A DNA stretch of 32,000 nt from contig NZ_AP024987.1 of NCBI RefSeq assembly GCF_020885515.1, positions 300,001-332,000 of the forward strand, read 5' to 3'. Both the position numbers and the translations under genes were made by a program. Positions 10,736-19,770 of the stretch are shown here, piece after piece (the stretch's first letter is position 1; each line of letters begins with the position of its first letter). Under the pieces are notes generated by a model. It was given only the letters and a program-made list of their open reading frames with translations, made no database searches and was not told the origin of the DNA. The stretch is from a cyanobacterium endosymbiont of Braarudosphaera bigelowii (lineage in GTDB: Bacteria; Cyanobacteriota; Cyanobacteriia; Cyanobacteriales; Microcystaceae).

Positions 10736-11162
10736 TCACTTACTCCTTTAAATTAAATAAACATAATAATTGTTCTTTAAAATTCTATAGTACTATCTTA
10801 ATATTTAGGCATTTTTTATATAAATAGTAACTTTTTTAAAATTTCATAATTAATTAAATATACTAACCTTACTCAACAATAATTATATTAAAATTTATAT
10901 TGTTGAACTAATGTTATGTAAACTTTAGTTCGATTGGACAACTTATCTAGTATAGATTCAAGTTAACTATCATCTCAATTTTATTAGTACTTTCACTTTT
11001 ATCTTTATCAAGAAAAAATCTTTTAATTATATAACCACTATCATGTCAGTAATTGTAATAATAAGCCTTTAATTTTTGATTTTCTCTCAGAAAAAGTATG
11101 TATAGTTTTATCTTTGTATTGTTAAATTAATATATTTTTCTTAAGTAGAGCTATAAAATTTA

Positions 11163-11197
11163 AATATGTATTTCTTCGTATATAATATGTATTTCTT
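11163..11197 (+). promoter_or_regulatory. Tandem 14-nt direct repeat upstream of solute-binding protein gene
   Basis: AATATGTATTTCTT at 11163-11176 and 11184-11197, 21-nt period, 45-79 nt upstream of the start at 11242. Confidence 0.3.
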
Positions 11198-11241
11198 TCT
11201 ATATATTGTAATAATGTTTATAGCTCTATTAATTATTAACA

Positions 11242-12531
11242 ATGCGTAAGTTTTTTAATTTAAATATAGTTATATTTTTTGGATTATGTGGACTATCTAT
11301 GAGTTGGATTGCTGGTTGTAGTTATAATAGTGTTCCTGTAACTACTGAAGAGTTGGAATTTTGGACAATGCAACTACAACCAAAATTTACTTCATATGTC
11401 ACTAAACTAATCGAAGAATTTGAGCAAGAACATGAAAATATAACAATTCGTTGGACTGATATTCCTTGGGAAGCGATGGAAAATAAAATTTTGACGGCAG
11501 TTTTATCAAATACCGCTCCAGATGTTGTTAATCTTAACTCTAATTTTGCTGCTAAACTGGCTAACCGTAACGTTTGGTTAGATTTTAATCAACATATCTT
11601 TCAAAAAATTAAAAAAAATTATCTCCCAAATATTCAAGATTCCAGTAGTATAGGCGATTCTACTTTCGGGTTACCATGGTATTTAACTACTCAGATTACT
11701 TTATATAATAAAAATTTATTTAAACAAGCCGATATAACTAACCCACCAAAAACTTTTGATGAATTAATAAGTGTTGCAATCAAGATAAAAAAGAAAACTG
11801 GAAAATATGCTACATTCTTTACTTTTGTGCCTGGAGATTCTGGAGAAATTTTAGAATCTTTAGTTAAGATGGGGGTTACATTAATTGATGATCAAGGTCA
11901 AGCAGGGTTTAATACACCTGAAGGAATGAAAGCTTTTCAATACTGGGTTCTTCTATATAAGCAAGGTTTATTACCTCCAGAAGTTTTAACACAAGGACAT
12001 AGACATGCTCTTGAGTTATATCAATCTGGAGAAATTGCATTACTGTCAACGGGTGTCGAATCATTTTCAATGATTAAAAAGAATGCTCCTACTATTGCGC
12101 AAGTATCTGTTTCTGCTCCACAGATTACTGGTGATACAGGAAAGAAAAATGTTGCAGTTATGAATTTGTTTATTCCTAATAGTACTAAAAAAACAGAGGA
12201 AGCAATAAAATTTGCAGAATTTGTAACTAGTACTAGTAATCAATTAGTCTTTGCAAGACAAGCTAATGTTTTACCTTCAACTATAGATGGTATAAAAACT
12301 TATATATATGAACAAAAACAATTAAACTACTCAACTCCTTTATCTGATGCGATTACCGTAAGTGCAATGCAATTAAAGAATACAGAGACTTTAATACCTA
12401 TACAAGAGAATATTAACCAATTGCAAAAAATTATTTATGAGAATTTGCAATATGCTATGTTAGAGAAAAAATCTGTTAAACAAGCATTATCTGATGCTGC
12501 TGAAACGTGGAACAACTTTATTGCTGAATAA
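11242..12531 (+). CDS. ABC transporter extracellular solute-binding lipoprotein, family 1 (sugar-type)
   Basis: 429 aa, lipobox 'SWIAGC', 'ITIRWTDIPWEAMENKI', 'PDVVNLNSNFAAKLA' and 'AIKFAEFVTS' typical of family 1 binding proteins. Confidence 0.9.
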   Translation: MRKFFNLNIVIFFGLCGLSMSWIAGCSYNSVPVTTEELEFWTMQLQPKFTSYVTKLIEEFEQEHENITIRWTDIPWEAMENKILTAVLSNTAPDVVNLNSNFAAKLANRNVWLDFNQHIFQKIKKNYLPNIQDSSSIGDSTFGLPWYLTTQITLYNKNLFKQADITNPPKTFDELISVAIKIKKKTGKYATFFTFVPGDSGEILESLVKMGVTLIDDQGQAGFNTPEGMKAFQYWVLLYKQGLLPPEVLTQGHRHALELYQSGEIALLSTGVESFSMIKKNAPTIAQVSVSAPQITGDTGKKNVAVMNLFIPNSTKKTEEAIKFAEFVTSTSNQLVFARQANVLPSTIDGIKTYIYEQKQLNYSTPLSDAITVSAMQLKNTETLIPIQENINQLQKIIYENLQYAMLEKKSVKQALSDAAETWNNFIAE

Positions 12532-12632
12532 TAGTAAGAGATTATCATAAAATGCAATTAACTTAAAAATTTAAATTATGTATATATTTTTTAAATATGG
12601 ATAATTATCATTTATAATATGATGTTAATGAT

Positions 12633-12961
12633 GGGGCTATAGCTCAGTTGGATAGAGCAAGCGCCTCCTGAAGTTCGGGCATTCTGAGTGGAAACTTCAG
12701 AAATGAATGTAGTCAAATTCAAGGAAACCTAAGTCTCCATTGAGATACGGCAATCTTGAGCCAAGCTCTAAAACCCTTTTTAGAGAAGGTGCAGAGACTG
12801 GTTATCAGTATTTAGGGAAAAGTTGTTTTAAATAAGCTGATAACATTACGGCTACCACCTAAGGATAAAATAATATCTAGGGTGAAGGAATAGTCCAGAG
12901 AGTAAGGAAACTTACACGAATCTGAAGCGCTAGGTCGCTGGTTCGAATCCAGCTAGTCCCG
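12633..12961 (+). tRNA. tRNA-Arg(CCU), interrupted by a group I intron (exons 12633-12669 and 12925-12961)
   Basis: Exons join to GGGGCTATAGCTCAGTTGGATAGAGCAAGCGCCTCCT|AAGCGCTAGGTCGCTGGTTCGAATCCAGCTAGTCCCG. Acceptor GGGGCTA/TAGTCCC, D stem GCTC/GAGC, anticodon stem AGCGC/GCGCT, loop CTCCTAA, T stem GCTGG/CCAGC with loop TTCGAAT. Ends with discriminator G, no encoded CCA. Confidence 0.95.
12670..12924 (+). ncRNA. Group I intron (IC3-like by resemblance), 255 nt, no ORF
   Basis: Starts after exon T (position 36) and ends in G. P4 TTCAAG/CTTGAG; P5 hairpin TCTC-CATT-GAGA; P6-region hairpin CTCTAAAA-CCCT-TTTTAGAG; R-like 'GGTGCAGAGACT' and S-like 'GGAATAGTCC' (P7 GACT/AGTC); 3' hairpin GTAAG-GAAA-CTTAC with GNRA loop. 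Confidence 0.93.
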
Positions 12962-13079
12962 TTAATATATTATAAATTCTATAGTCTCATATGACTTAAT
13001 GCATAACTTATGATTCTGTTTTTATTTATTTCATAAAACTTAAAAAATAACTCAATTTATTTTAGGATCTACTTATAGC

Positions 13080-13532
13080 ATGACTTGTTTATATAATAGG
13101 CCTCATTTTTATTTATTAGAAATTAGTTTATTTTTATGCTTAACGACTACTGTTTATGCTCAGGAACAACAACGTATTTATAATCCCATTCCATTAGAAT
13201 ATCACTCGGAAATGTATGATCGTCTATCTGATCAGGATATTCCCACAGGGGAAGGAGGCTTTGCTAAAGACTATTGGGTAAAGCTTGAAAAGGGAGATCA
13301 AGTGGCAGTTGATCTCATGTCTGATGAATTTGATAGTGTTGTATTGTTACTTGGAGCTGATGGAACGACAATAGCGGAAAATGATGACGGTCCCGATGGT
13401 AGTACTAATTCTCTTCTATTTTCTCGTATTACGGAGAGTGGCCGATATATTATTCGTGTTCATGCTTTTGGAGAGACAGGTAGCGGAAATTTTAGATTAA
13501 AAGTTACTAGATTACGTCCTATTGGCCACTAA
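13080..13532 (+). CDS. Secreted/periplasmic protein with bacterial pre-peptidase C-terminal (PPC)-like domain
   Basis: 150 aa, N-terminal hydrophobic signal, 'YWVKLEKGDQVAVDLMSDEFDSVVLLLGADGTTIAENDDG...SRITESGRYIIRVHAFG'. Confidence 0.8.
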   Translation: MTCLYNRPHFYLLEISLFLCLTTTVYAQEQQRIYNPIPLEYHSEMYDRLSDQDIPTGEGGFAKDYWVKLEKGDQVAVDLMSDEFDSVVLLLGADGTTIAENDDGPDGSTNSLLFSRITESGRYIIRVHAFGETGSGNFRLKVTRLRPIGH

Positions 13533-14274
13533 AATTTAGAACCAATACGCATAATATTAATGATTCTGTCCATTCTACTACCGCACCGTAGGTATCTCCT
13601 GTATAGCCTCCAAACTGTTTGTTGAAAAAAGAACTTACCCCAATAGAAATAACAATACCAGTCATAACAATAATTATTCCTAACAATTCTTGATGTGAGG
13701 TGAACACTATCCAAAGTATATTTGTTATTAACAAACTTAATATTCCAAATAACAAATCTTTAGGATAGTTGATATACTGTTTATGAAAAAAACCTTTCCC
13801 AACCTTTTTTAAATAAGGGTAAAAACTTATTGAAAAGACCTGTGCCCATCTGCCCCATCCATAGGTAACCATTAAAATCCATAAACGATAATTAGTAATA
13901 GCACTTAAAGCAACGATTTTTAAAAAAATCACCATTACTCCAGCAATTACTCCAAAAGCTCCAGCTGAGCTATCTTCCATTGCCATTAATCTCTTTTGAG
14001 GATCATTTAATCCCATACCATCAGCACTGTCAATAACCCCATCTAAATGTAATCCTCCAGTTATAAAAATACCTAAAAAGACTATTAAAGTACTTCTAAC
14101 TGTAATAGGAAATCCAATAAATGTTAATATATAATCTATTATTCCTAATATTATTCCAATTAAAAGCCCTACTACAGGAGACCAAGCTGCAATAGATTGA
14201 AAGCTTTTTTCCCAACTAGTTGGCAACGGAATGATGGTATAAAAAGTAATTGATCCCAGTAAAAACTTTAACAA
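13519..14274 (-). CDS. cobS: Adenosylcobinamide-GDP ribazoletransferase (cobalamin synthase)
   Basis: 251 aa; 'FFITIPLPT'-type N-terminus (FYTIIPLPT), 'GGLHLDGVIDSADGM', 'MEDSSAGAFGVIA'. Confidence 0.93.
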   Translation of the reverse strand: MLKFLLGSITFYTIIPLPTSWEKSFQSIAAWSPVVGLLIGIILGIIDYILTFIGFPITVRSTLIVFLGIFITGGLHLDGVIDSADGMGLNDPQKRLMAMEDSSAGAFGVIAGVMVIFLKIVALSAITNYRLWILMVTYGWGRWAQVFSISFYPYLKKVGKGFFHKQYINYPKDLLFGILSLLITNILWIVFTSHQELLGIIIVMTGIVISIGVSSFFNKQFGGYTGDTYGAVVEWTESLILCVLVLNFSGQ

Positions 14275-14319
14275 AATATCAGATAGCTAATAACAGTACT
14301 TAATTTATTTTAAGTCTAT

Positions 14320-14363
14320 ATCTTTAAAGATATTCAAATTAGTTTCAATATCTTTAAAGATAA
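14320..14363. terminator. Hairpin made of two self-palindromic ATATCTTTAAAGATA units
   Basis: TATCTTTAAAGATATT (14320-14335) and AATATCTTTAAAGATA (14348-14363): 16 bp perfect stem, 12-nt loop, just past the minus-strand stop of the 14384 gene. Confidence 0.55.
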
Positions 14364-14383
14364 ATAGCACATTATTTTTAATG

Positions 14384-15271
14384 TCAATTTATTAGCCATA
14401 ATATTACAGGTAAAGTAAGAAAGCTAAAGATAGTAGTTAAAATAATTGTACGTACAATTTGATTTACTTCTCCTCCAAATTCTGTACTTAAAACAGCTGT
14501 GTTGATTGCTGTCGGCATTGCACTTTGTAAAATTAAAACTTGTAAATCTAAATCTTTTAGACCAATAATTCCTCCGACACATAAAGCTATAAAAGGAGCT
14601 AAAATTAATCGAAGATTTAATGATATTAACTCTAGACTAGTTATTTTAAATTTTGTGCTTCTTAATTCCATTCCTAATACTATAAGAGCAATAGGAATAG
14701 AAGATCTGCCAAGAAGATTCAATACTTCATATAAGTTGAAAGGAAGTTCTACATGTAGTATTCTTAGTATTATTCCTAATAACATTGCCCATACTAATGG
14801 CAGTTTAAAAATCATTTGTATACTATTTTTAAAACTAGTTCCGGCTAAAAGGGCTGGCATAATAACAAAAAGTAATATGCTTGACCCTATCATATAAATC
14901 ACAGCTCTTTCTAATCCAGCAGAACCTAATGCGAACTCTATTAGGGGTAGCCCCATATTTCCATTGTTTGGATGTAAGGTAGTGGCTATTAAACTTTTAT
15001 AAATTGCTGTTGAAATTTTAAAATAGTGTCTAAGCCAACTAACTAGTATATATAGTATTAAGGAAATTAAAAAAACCCCTAATAGCAATCGCAACATGCT
15101 ATTACTAGACATATTGGTAGTATATAAACTATCAGTAACTAATGCTGGAAATAAGATATAAACGATTAATTTAGATAATGTCGTCTTATGAAGATCTAAT
15201 TTTTTCCCTGCTGTAGCACCAATAATAACAATGAAAATAATAGGGAAAATGGCGGAAAAAAGAACAGTCAT
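14384..15271 (-). CDS. AEC (auxin efflux carrier) family transporter
   Basis: 295 aa, multiple TM; 'SKLIVYILFPALV', 'HPNNGNMGLPL', 'MPTAINTAVLSTEFGG'. Confidence 0.85.
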   Translation of the reverse strand: MTVLFSAIFPIIFIVIIGATAGKKLDLHKTTLSKLIVYILFPALVTDSLYTTNMSSNSMLRLLLGVFLISLILYILVSWLRHYFKISTAIYKSLIATTLHPNNGNMGLPLIEFALGSAGLERAVIYMIGSSILLFVIMPALLAGTSFKNSIQMIFKLPLVWAMLLGIILRILHVELPFNLYEVLNLLGRSSIPIALIVLGMELRSTKFKITSLELISLNLRLILAPFIALCVGGIIGLKDLDLQVLILQSAMPTAINTAVLSTEFGGEVNQIVRTIILTTIFSFLTLPVILWLIN

Positions 15272-15549
15272 TAGTAAAGTATAAATTACATAACATTAAC
15301 TGTACTAAAAAATAAATAGTCTCAATTAAAGAGTACTATAAGCTAATCAGTAATACCTAAGTTCTTTAAATAAAAGACTAAATTACTTTTAAGTTAGAAT
15401 TACATTAGTTAATGCTTATGATTAACAAGACTTATTAAATATATATTTGTAGATTTAATTCTTTAGCCTTCGTTATAACAGACAAAAAGTAGGCTTGATT
15501 ATCTTCTCCAAAACTTTATCTTTTCAACATAACAAAAATAAGTAATCTT

Positions 15550-16584
15550 TTAAAGTTCATCCCATCCACTAACTCCAGAAGACATAACATAACTAGTTAC
15601 TGTAGCTTCGAAAAAGTTTGCTTTGGTATGTCCATCTTTTTTGGTATCAGAAAATCTTTCTAGATGACTATAAGGACTTTTAGTATATTTTTCTCCAGTA
15701 TAAAGTGGTTCTAAACCTATAGAGCGTAATCTAATATTAGCTAAATATTTTGTATATTGTTCTGTACTGGATTCAGTGATGCCTAATATATTGTTACCAA
15801 TGATATGATTAGTCCATCGACATTCATGATTAACAGCTGTATCAAACATTTCATAGATTTGTTCAGTAGAATGAGGAAAAACTTTTCTCGCTTCAGGAAT
15901 AAGTTTTTGATATAGTCTTACGTGACTTAATTCATCTCTATTGATCATTTTAAAAATATCTGCGGATCCCGGCATTAACATTCTGGAAGCTAAATTATAA
16001 AAAAAAATAAATCCATTATAGAAATATAATCCCTCCAGTAAAAAGTCTGCCATTAGTGCTGTGAAATAGTTTTCTGCTGTAGGATTGTCAATATATTTTT
16101 GATATATTTTTGCAATGAATTCGCATCGACTTTTTAAAACTTTATCAACACGCCAAAATTCATACACTTGGTTCCTTCTGTCTGGAGGAACAATTGTTTC
16201 GATTATATATTGATAACTTTGATTGTGCATACCTTCTTGAGATATCTGTTCAGCCATACATAGACTAACTTCTGGAGCTGTAATGCTACTTTTGAGATGA
16301 GGAATATTACAGGTTTGAATAGAGTCTAAAAAGGTAAGGTATGATAGTATACCATCATAAGCATAACGCTCATCTTCGGTTAAATTAGAGTAGTCTGTCA
16401 CATCTTGAGTTATGTCTAACCTTTGAGGAATCCAGAAGTTTTCTCTCATTTGTTGATATAACCCAACTGCCCAAGAATATCGTACATCGTTTAGTTGCAT
16501 TAAATTAGTCGTATTTCCAAACCAGATAGCCCTGTTCTCAACGGCATCATCTCCTTCCGGATTGAAAATAGGATTAATTGACAT
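15550..16584 (-). CDS. nrdB: Ribonucleoside-diphosphate reductase, small (R2) subunit
   Basis: ORF 15550..16608; probable start at the internal ATG (MSINPIFNPEGDD). Carries the 'QEGMHNQSYQYI' ligand/Tyr region, 'LEGLYFYNGFIFF' and 'RDELSHVRLY'. Confidence 0.93.
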   Translation of the reverse strand: MSINPIFNPEGDDAVENRAIWFGNTTNLMQLNDVRYSWAVGLYQQMRENFWIPQRLDITQDVTDYSNLTEDERYAYDGILSYLTFLDSIQTCNIPHLKSSITAPEVSLCMAEQISQEGMHNQSYQYIIETIVPPDRRNQVYEFWRVDKVLKSRCEFIAKIYQKYIDNPTAENYFTALMADFLLEGLYFYNGFIFFYNLASRMLMPGSADIFKMINRDELSHVRLYQKLIPEARKVFPHSTEQIYEMFDTAVNHECRWTNHIIGNNILGITESSTEQYTKYLANIRLRSIGLEPLYTGEKYTKSPYSHLERFSDTKKDGHTKANFFEATVTSYVMSSGVSGWDEL

Positions 16585-16766
16585 TGTTGCTTGTTTATCT
16601 ATAATCATTTCAATTACATAGTAAATTCTTATAAAATAATTATATATGATTTAAATATCTACTATTCAAGTTCTAATACTTACTTTTTAATCATTGAATT
16701 GTACTAATTGAGAATTGATTAGTTGCATAGTCTATCTGAATATAAATACAATAGTTATAATACAAA

Positions 16767-16817
16767 TTATATCTATCATATTATTTCTTTTTAATAGAAA
16801 TAATATGATAGATATAA
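16767..16817. repeat. 22-bp perfect inverted repeat, 7-nt loop
   Basis: TTATATCTATCATATTATTTCT (16767-16788) / AGAAATAATATGATAGATATAA (16796-16817), exact reverse complements. Confidence 0.9.
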
Positions 16818-17733
16818 ATAAGTATATAGACATAATAGCTAATATATTTATTCAATATATTCATTAATTGTTAGTTATCTTTTTTACAATAACAATAAAT
16901 AAATAACTTTTGATACTTAAAGTCATAGTACATACTATGGCTTTAAGTATCTTCTAGTCGATAGTAATTTCAATTTCATAAATTGAAATACTTAAGTATA
17001 ACTAGCTAAAATGGCTGAGAAATATATGCTGGCAAATATTCACAATTTTCTATTACTTCTAAAGATCTCTAATACTTGCTTCTGAATAAAGACAAATACA
17101 ATAAAACTGTTTTTCTAAAAATATTTACACAACAATTTAATACTTTCTAATTGACGAATCCGATATATATTATTCTGCAATCAATGGATATCTTTACGTA
17201 AATAGAACTCCTTCGTATCTTTATAAAGAAAGACGAACAAAGTTATTGCTAACTTATCTACATTGTATTATTAATAGTAATTTCTCTATTAAAAGCTATA
17301 GTTATAGTATTAGGTAATAAATATATTTCTTATTTTGAACAACTACTTCGCACCTAAAAACCTTTTGTTACTTTTACAATAATAGATACATTTCTCCACT
17401 ATGAGTTAAGAATATGTAGTCAATCCTCTATGCTGTTCTAAAAAAAAATAGTTATCACACCAATCAGAACAATCTATTAAAATATTACTAGATCTTTCTG
17501 ATCCAAGATATGATGTCCTACTTAGTAGTTTCTTGATTAAACGGAAAAACAAGCAATTTTTTTAGTAAAAGATAAGGTGATTTAAAATTTTGATCTCTTT
17601 AAAGCTCATCTATTTGTAAATTTTATTTACAATAAAGATCAGACATTATTATTTTATTACTTCTTAAATTAATAAAATTTATTTTCAAAAAAGTATTTAT
17701 TTAAAATTCTTCAATACAATCTATTTTTTAAAT

Positions 17734-19206
17734 ATGTGGTTATTAGTACTTATTTTAGGCACAATTACATACTATGTTATAAAACGAACAATTGCTCCTA
17801 TTACCAATACTTCTATATGGATTATCTGGTTGATAATGATGACGCCAGCTCTGATATGGACAGTTTGGTACGAAATAGCAGAAAAAGATAAGTCTATACC
17901 TATCTTACTAATTATCATACCTTTAGTCGTCTGCTTAATTTTATATTTATGGATTATTGGAGTAGGTAGAGTTAAGTTGTTACCAAAGCAAGAAACTGAG
18001 CATCAAGTTTTACTTCATGAAACCGAAAATAGTAAAAACGGTACTCAGATAATACGTCCTATTACAGCTGCTGAGGAAAAATCTTTAAGAGAGTGCTTTT
18101 CCTGGAGAATATATCATTTACAAGATGTAAATTATCGTCCTCAAACTATTTTGTGTCATGGAAAATTAAAAGCCCTTCCAGAAAAAGCCTATAACTCTAT
18201 CAAAAGTAATATTGAAAAAGTATTTGGTAATCGTTTTTTAATACTGTTTCAAGAAGGTTTAAAAGGGAATCACTTTTTTGCTTTAGTCCCTAATCCTCAT
18301 TTTAAAAAGGAAATAGAGAAACCTTTAAAAAAGCCGTTATTAGCTTTTGGTTTGCTATTACTTACCCTACTAACAACTACAATGGTTGGAACATTTCAAA
18401 TAATAGGTACTGAACAAGAGCTTATAGAAAATAATTTTGCTATATTTCTTGAAGGATTACCTTATAGTCTAGGCTTAATATCTATTTTGGGAGTTCATGA
18501 GTTTAGTCATTACCTAACAACTGTTCGCTATAAAGTTGCTGCGACTTTTCCTTATTTTATCCCTATTCCCTTTTTCCTTGGCACTTTTGGAGCATTTATT
18601 CAGATAAAATCTCCTATACCGCACCGTAAAGCTTTGTTTGATATAGCTATTACTGGTCCTTTGGGAGGATTTTTAGTTACCTTACCATTATTAATATGGG
18701 GTATATCATTGTCAGATGTTGTTCCATTACCGATAGAAGAAAATGTTTCTCTGCTAAATACACAAGCGTTAGACCCAAGATTTTCTATATTATTTACTAT
18801 ATTGGTTAAATCAGTTTTAGGCAGTCATTTTATAGCAGGAAAAGTTATTTCTCTTAATCCTCTAGCTGTAGCAGGATATGTCGGACTTATTGTAACAGCA
18901 CTGAATTTAATTCCTGTAGGACAATTAGATGGTGGTCATATTGTTCATGCTATGTTTGGACAAAAAATTGCTATTATGGTTGGTCAATTAACTAGAATCT
19001 TAATGTTAATTCTAGCTATGAATAGACCAGAATTTTTAATTTGGGCAATCTTATTATTTTTAATGCCTATTTTTGATCAACCAGCTTTAAATGATGTTAC
19101 TGAATTAGATAACACAAGAGATTTTCTTGGTTTATGTACTCTAACATTATTACTATTAATCTTATTACCAGTCCCTAGCTTTTTAGTTAATTGGTTACAA
19201 GTTTAA
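17734..19206 (+). CDS. Site-2 protease family (M50) membrane metalloprotease, EGY-like
   Basis: 490 aa; 'GVHEFSHYL' (HExxH), 'LNLIPVGQLDGGHI' (NxxPxxxLDG), multiple TM. Confidence 0.92.
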   Translation: MWLLVLILGTITYYVIKRTIAPITNTSIWIIWLIMMTPALIWTVWYEIAEKDKSIPILLIIIPLVVCLILYLWIIGVGRVKLLPKQETEHQVLLHETENSKNGTQIIRPITAAEEKSLRECFSWRIYHLQDVNYRPQTILCHGKLKALPEKAYNSIKSNIEKVFGNRFLILFQEGLKGNHFFALVPNPHFKKEIEKPLKKPLLAFGLLLLTLLTTTMVGTFQIIGTEQELIENNFAIFLEGLPYSLGLISILGVHEFSHYLTTVRYKVAATFPYFIPIPFFLGTFGAFIQIKSPIPHRKALFDIAITGPLGGFLVTLPLLIWGISLSDVVPLPIEENVSLLNTQALDPRFSILFTILVKSVLGSHFIAGKVISLNPLAVAGYVGLIVTALNLIPVGQLDGGHIVHAMFGQKIAIMVGQLTRILMLILAMNRPEFLIWAILLFLMPIFDQPALNDVTELDNTRDFLGLCTLTLLLLILLPVPSFLVNWLQV

Positions 19207-19441
19207 TTTTAATAACATAAAAAACTATTAGATAACTTTATCAAAAGAACAAGTTACATATCTAATTCTGCTTCACTTGCCTACGCAATTTAATTAATAT
19301 TAAGGGGAAAAAGTACAACAACGTAAAACAAGTCAATAATATCTATAAGATACTATTGACTTAGTGACTAAGATTGAAAACAATTTTTTATTTATATAAA
19401 GTTCTTATGCATCTATAATAAAAATTATATTCCATCCTAAA

Positions 19442-19483
19442 TTTATAAACTAGTAATATAAATCAATATTATTAGTTTATAAA
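19442..19483. repeat. 18-bp hairpin (one G-T wobble) between convergent M50 gene and clpB
   Basis: TTTATAAACTAGTAATAT (19442-19459) / ATATTATTAGTTTATAAA (19466-19483), 6-nt loop. Confidence 0.7.
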
Positions 19484-19770
19484 AAATACTAGTTTAGTTA
19501 AGTTAAAAAATATACGATGCAACTGTTTACATCTTACTATTTCCCTATAAATATTTACTAACCATCTCAATAATGATGCAAATTATTTAATAATAATAAA
19601 CTAGTCTTAAGTATATGACTGCTTTGTTTGAAATTTTTTAGAATCAATAATGATATTGTAATATTTAGATAAAACATCATTTTTAAAACTAGTTTGCAGA
19701 AAATATCTTTGCTATTTGTCAGGTTACTAATTACTTTTTATAAACTATTTTTCAAGAATTGATGAAGTAA

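Noticed and set aside
12670-12924. Intron possibly encoding a homing endonuclease
   Set aside because: Only 255 nt and no ORF in the track; the intron appears RNA-only.
13529-13714. Plus-strand 61-aa ORF
   Set aside because: Antisense to cobS 3' end.
14499-14897. Plus-strand 132-aa ORF
   Set aside because: Antisense to the AEC transporter gene, whose conserved motifs are clear; composition is typical of a shadow ORF.
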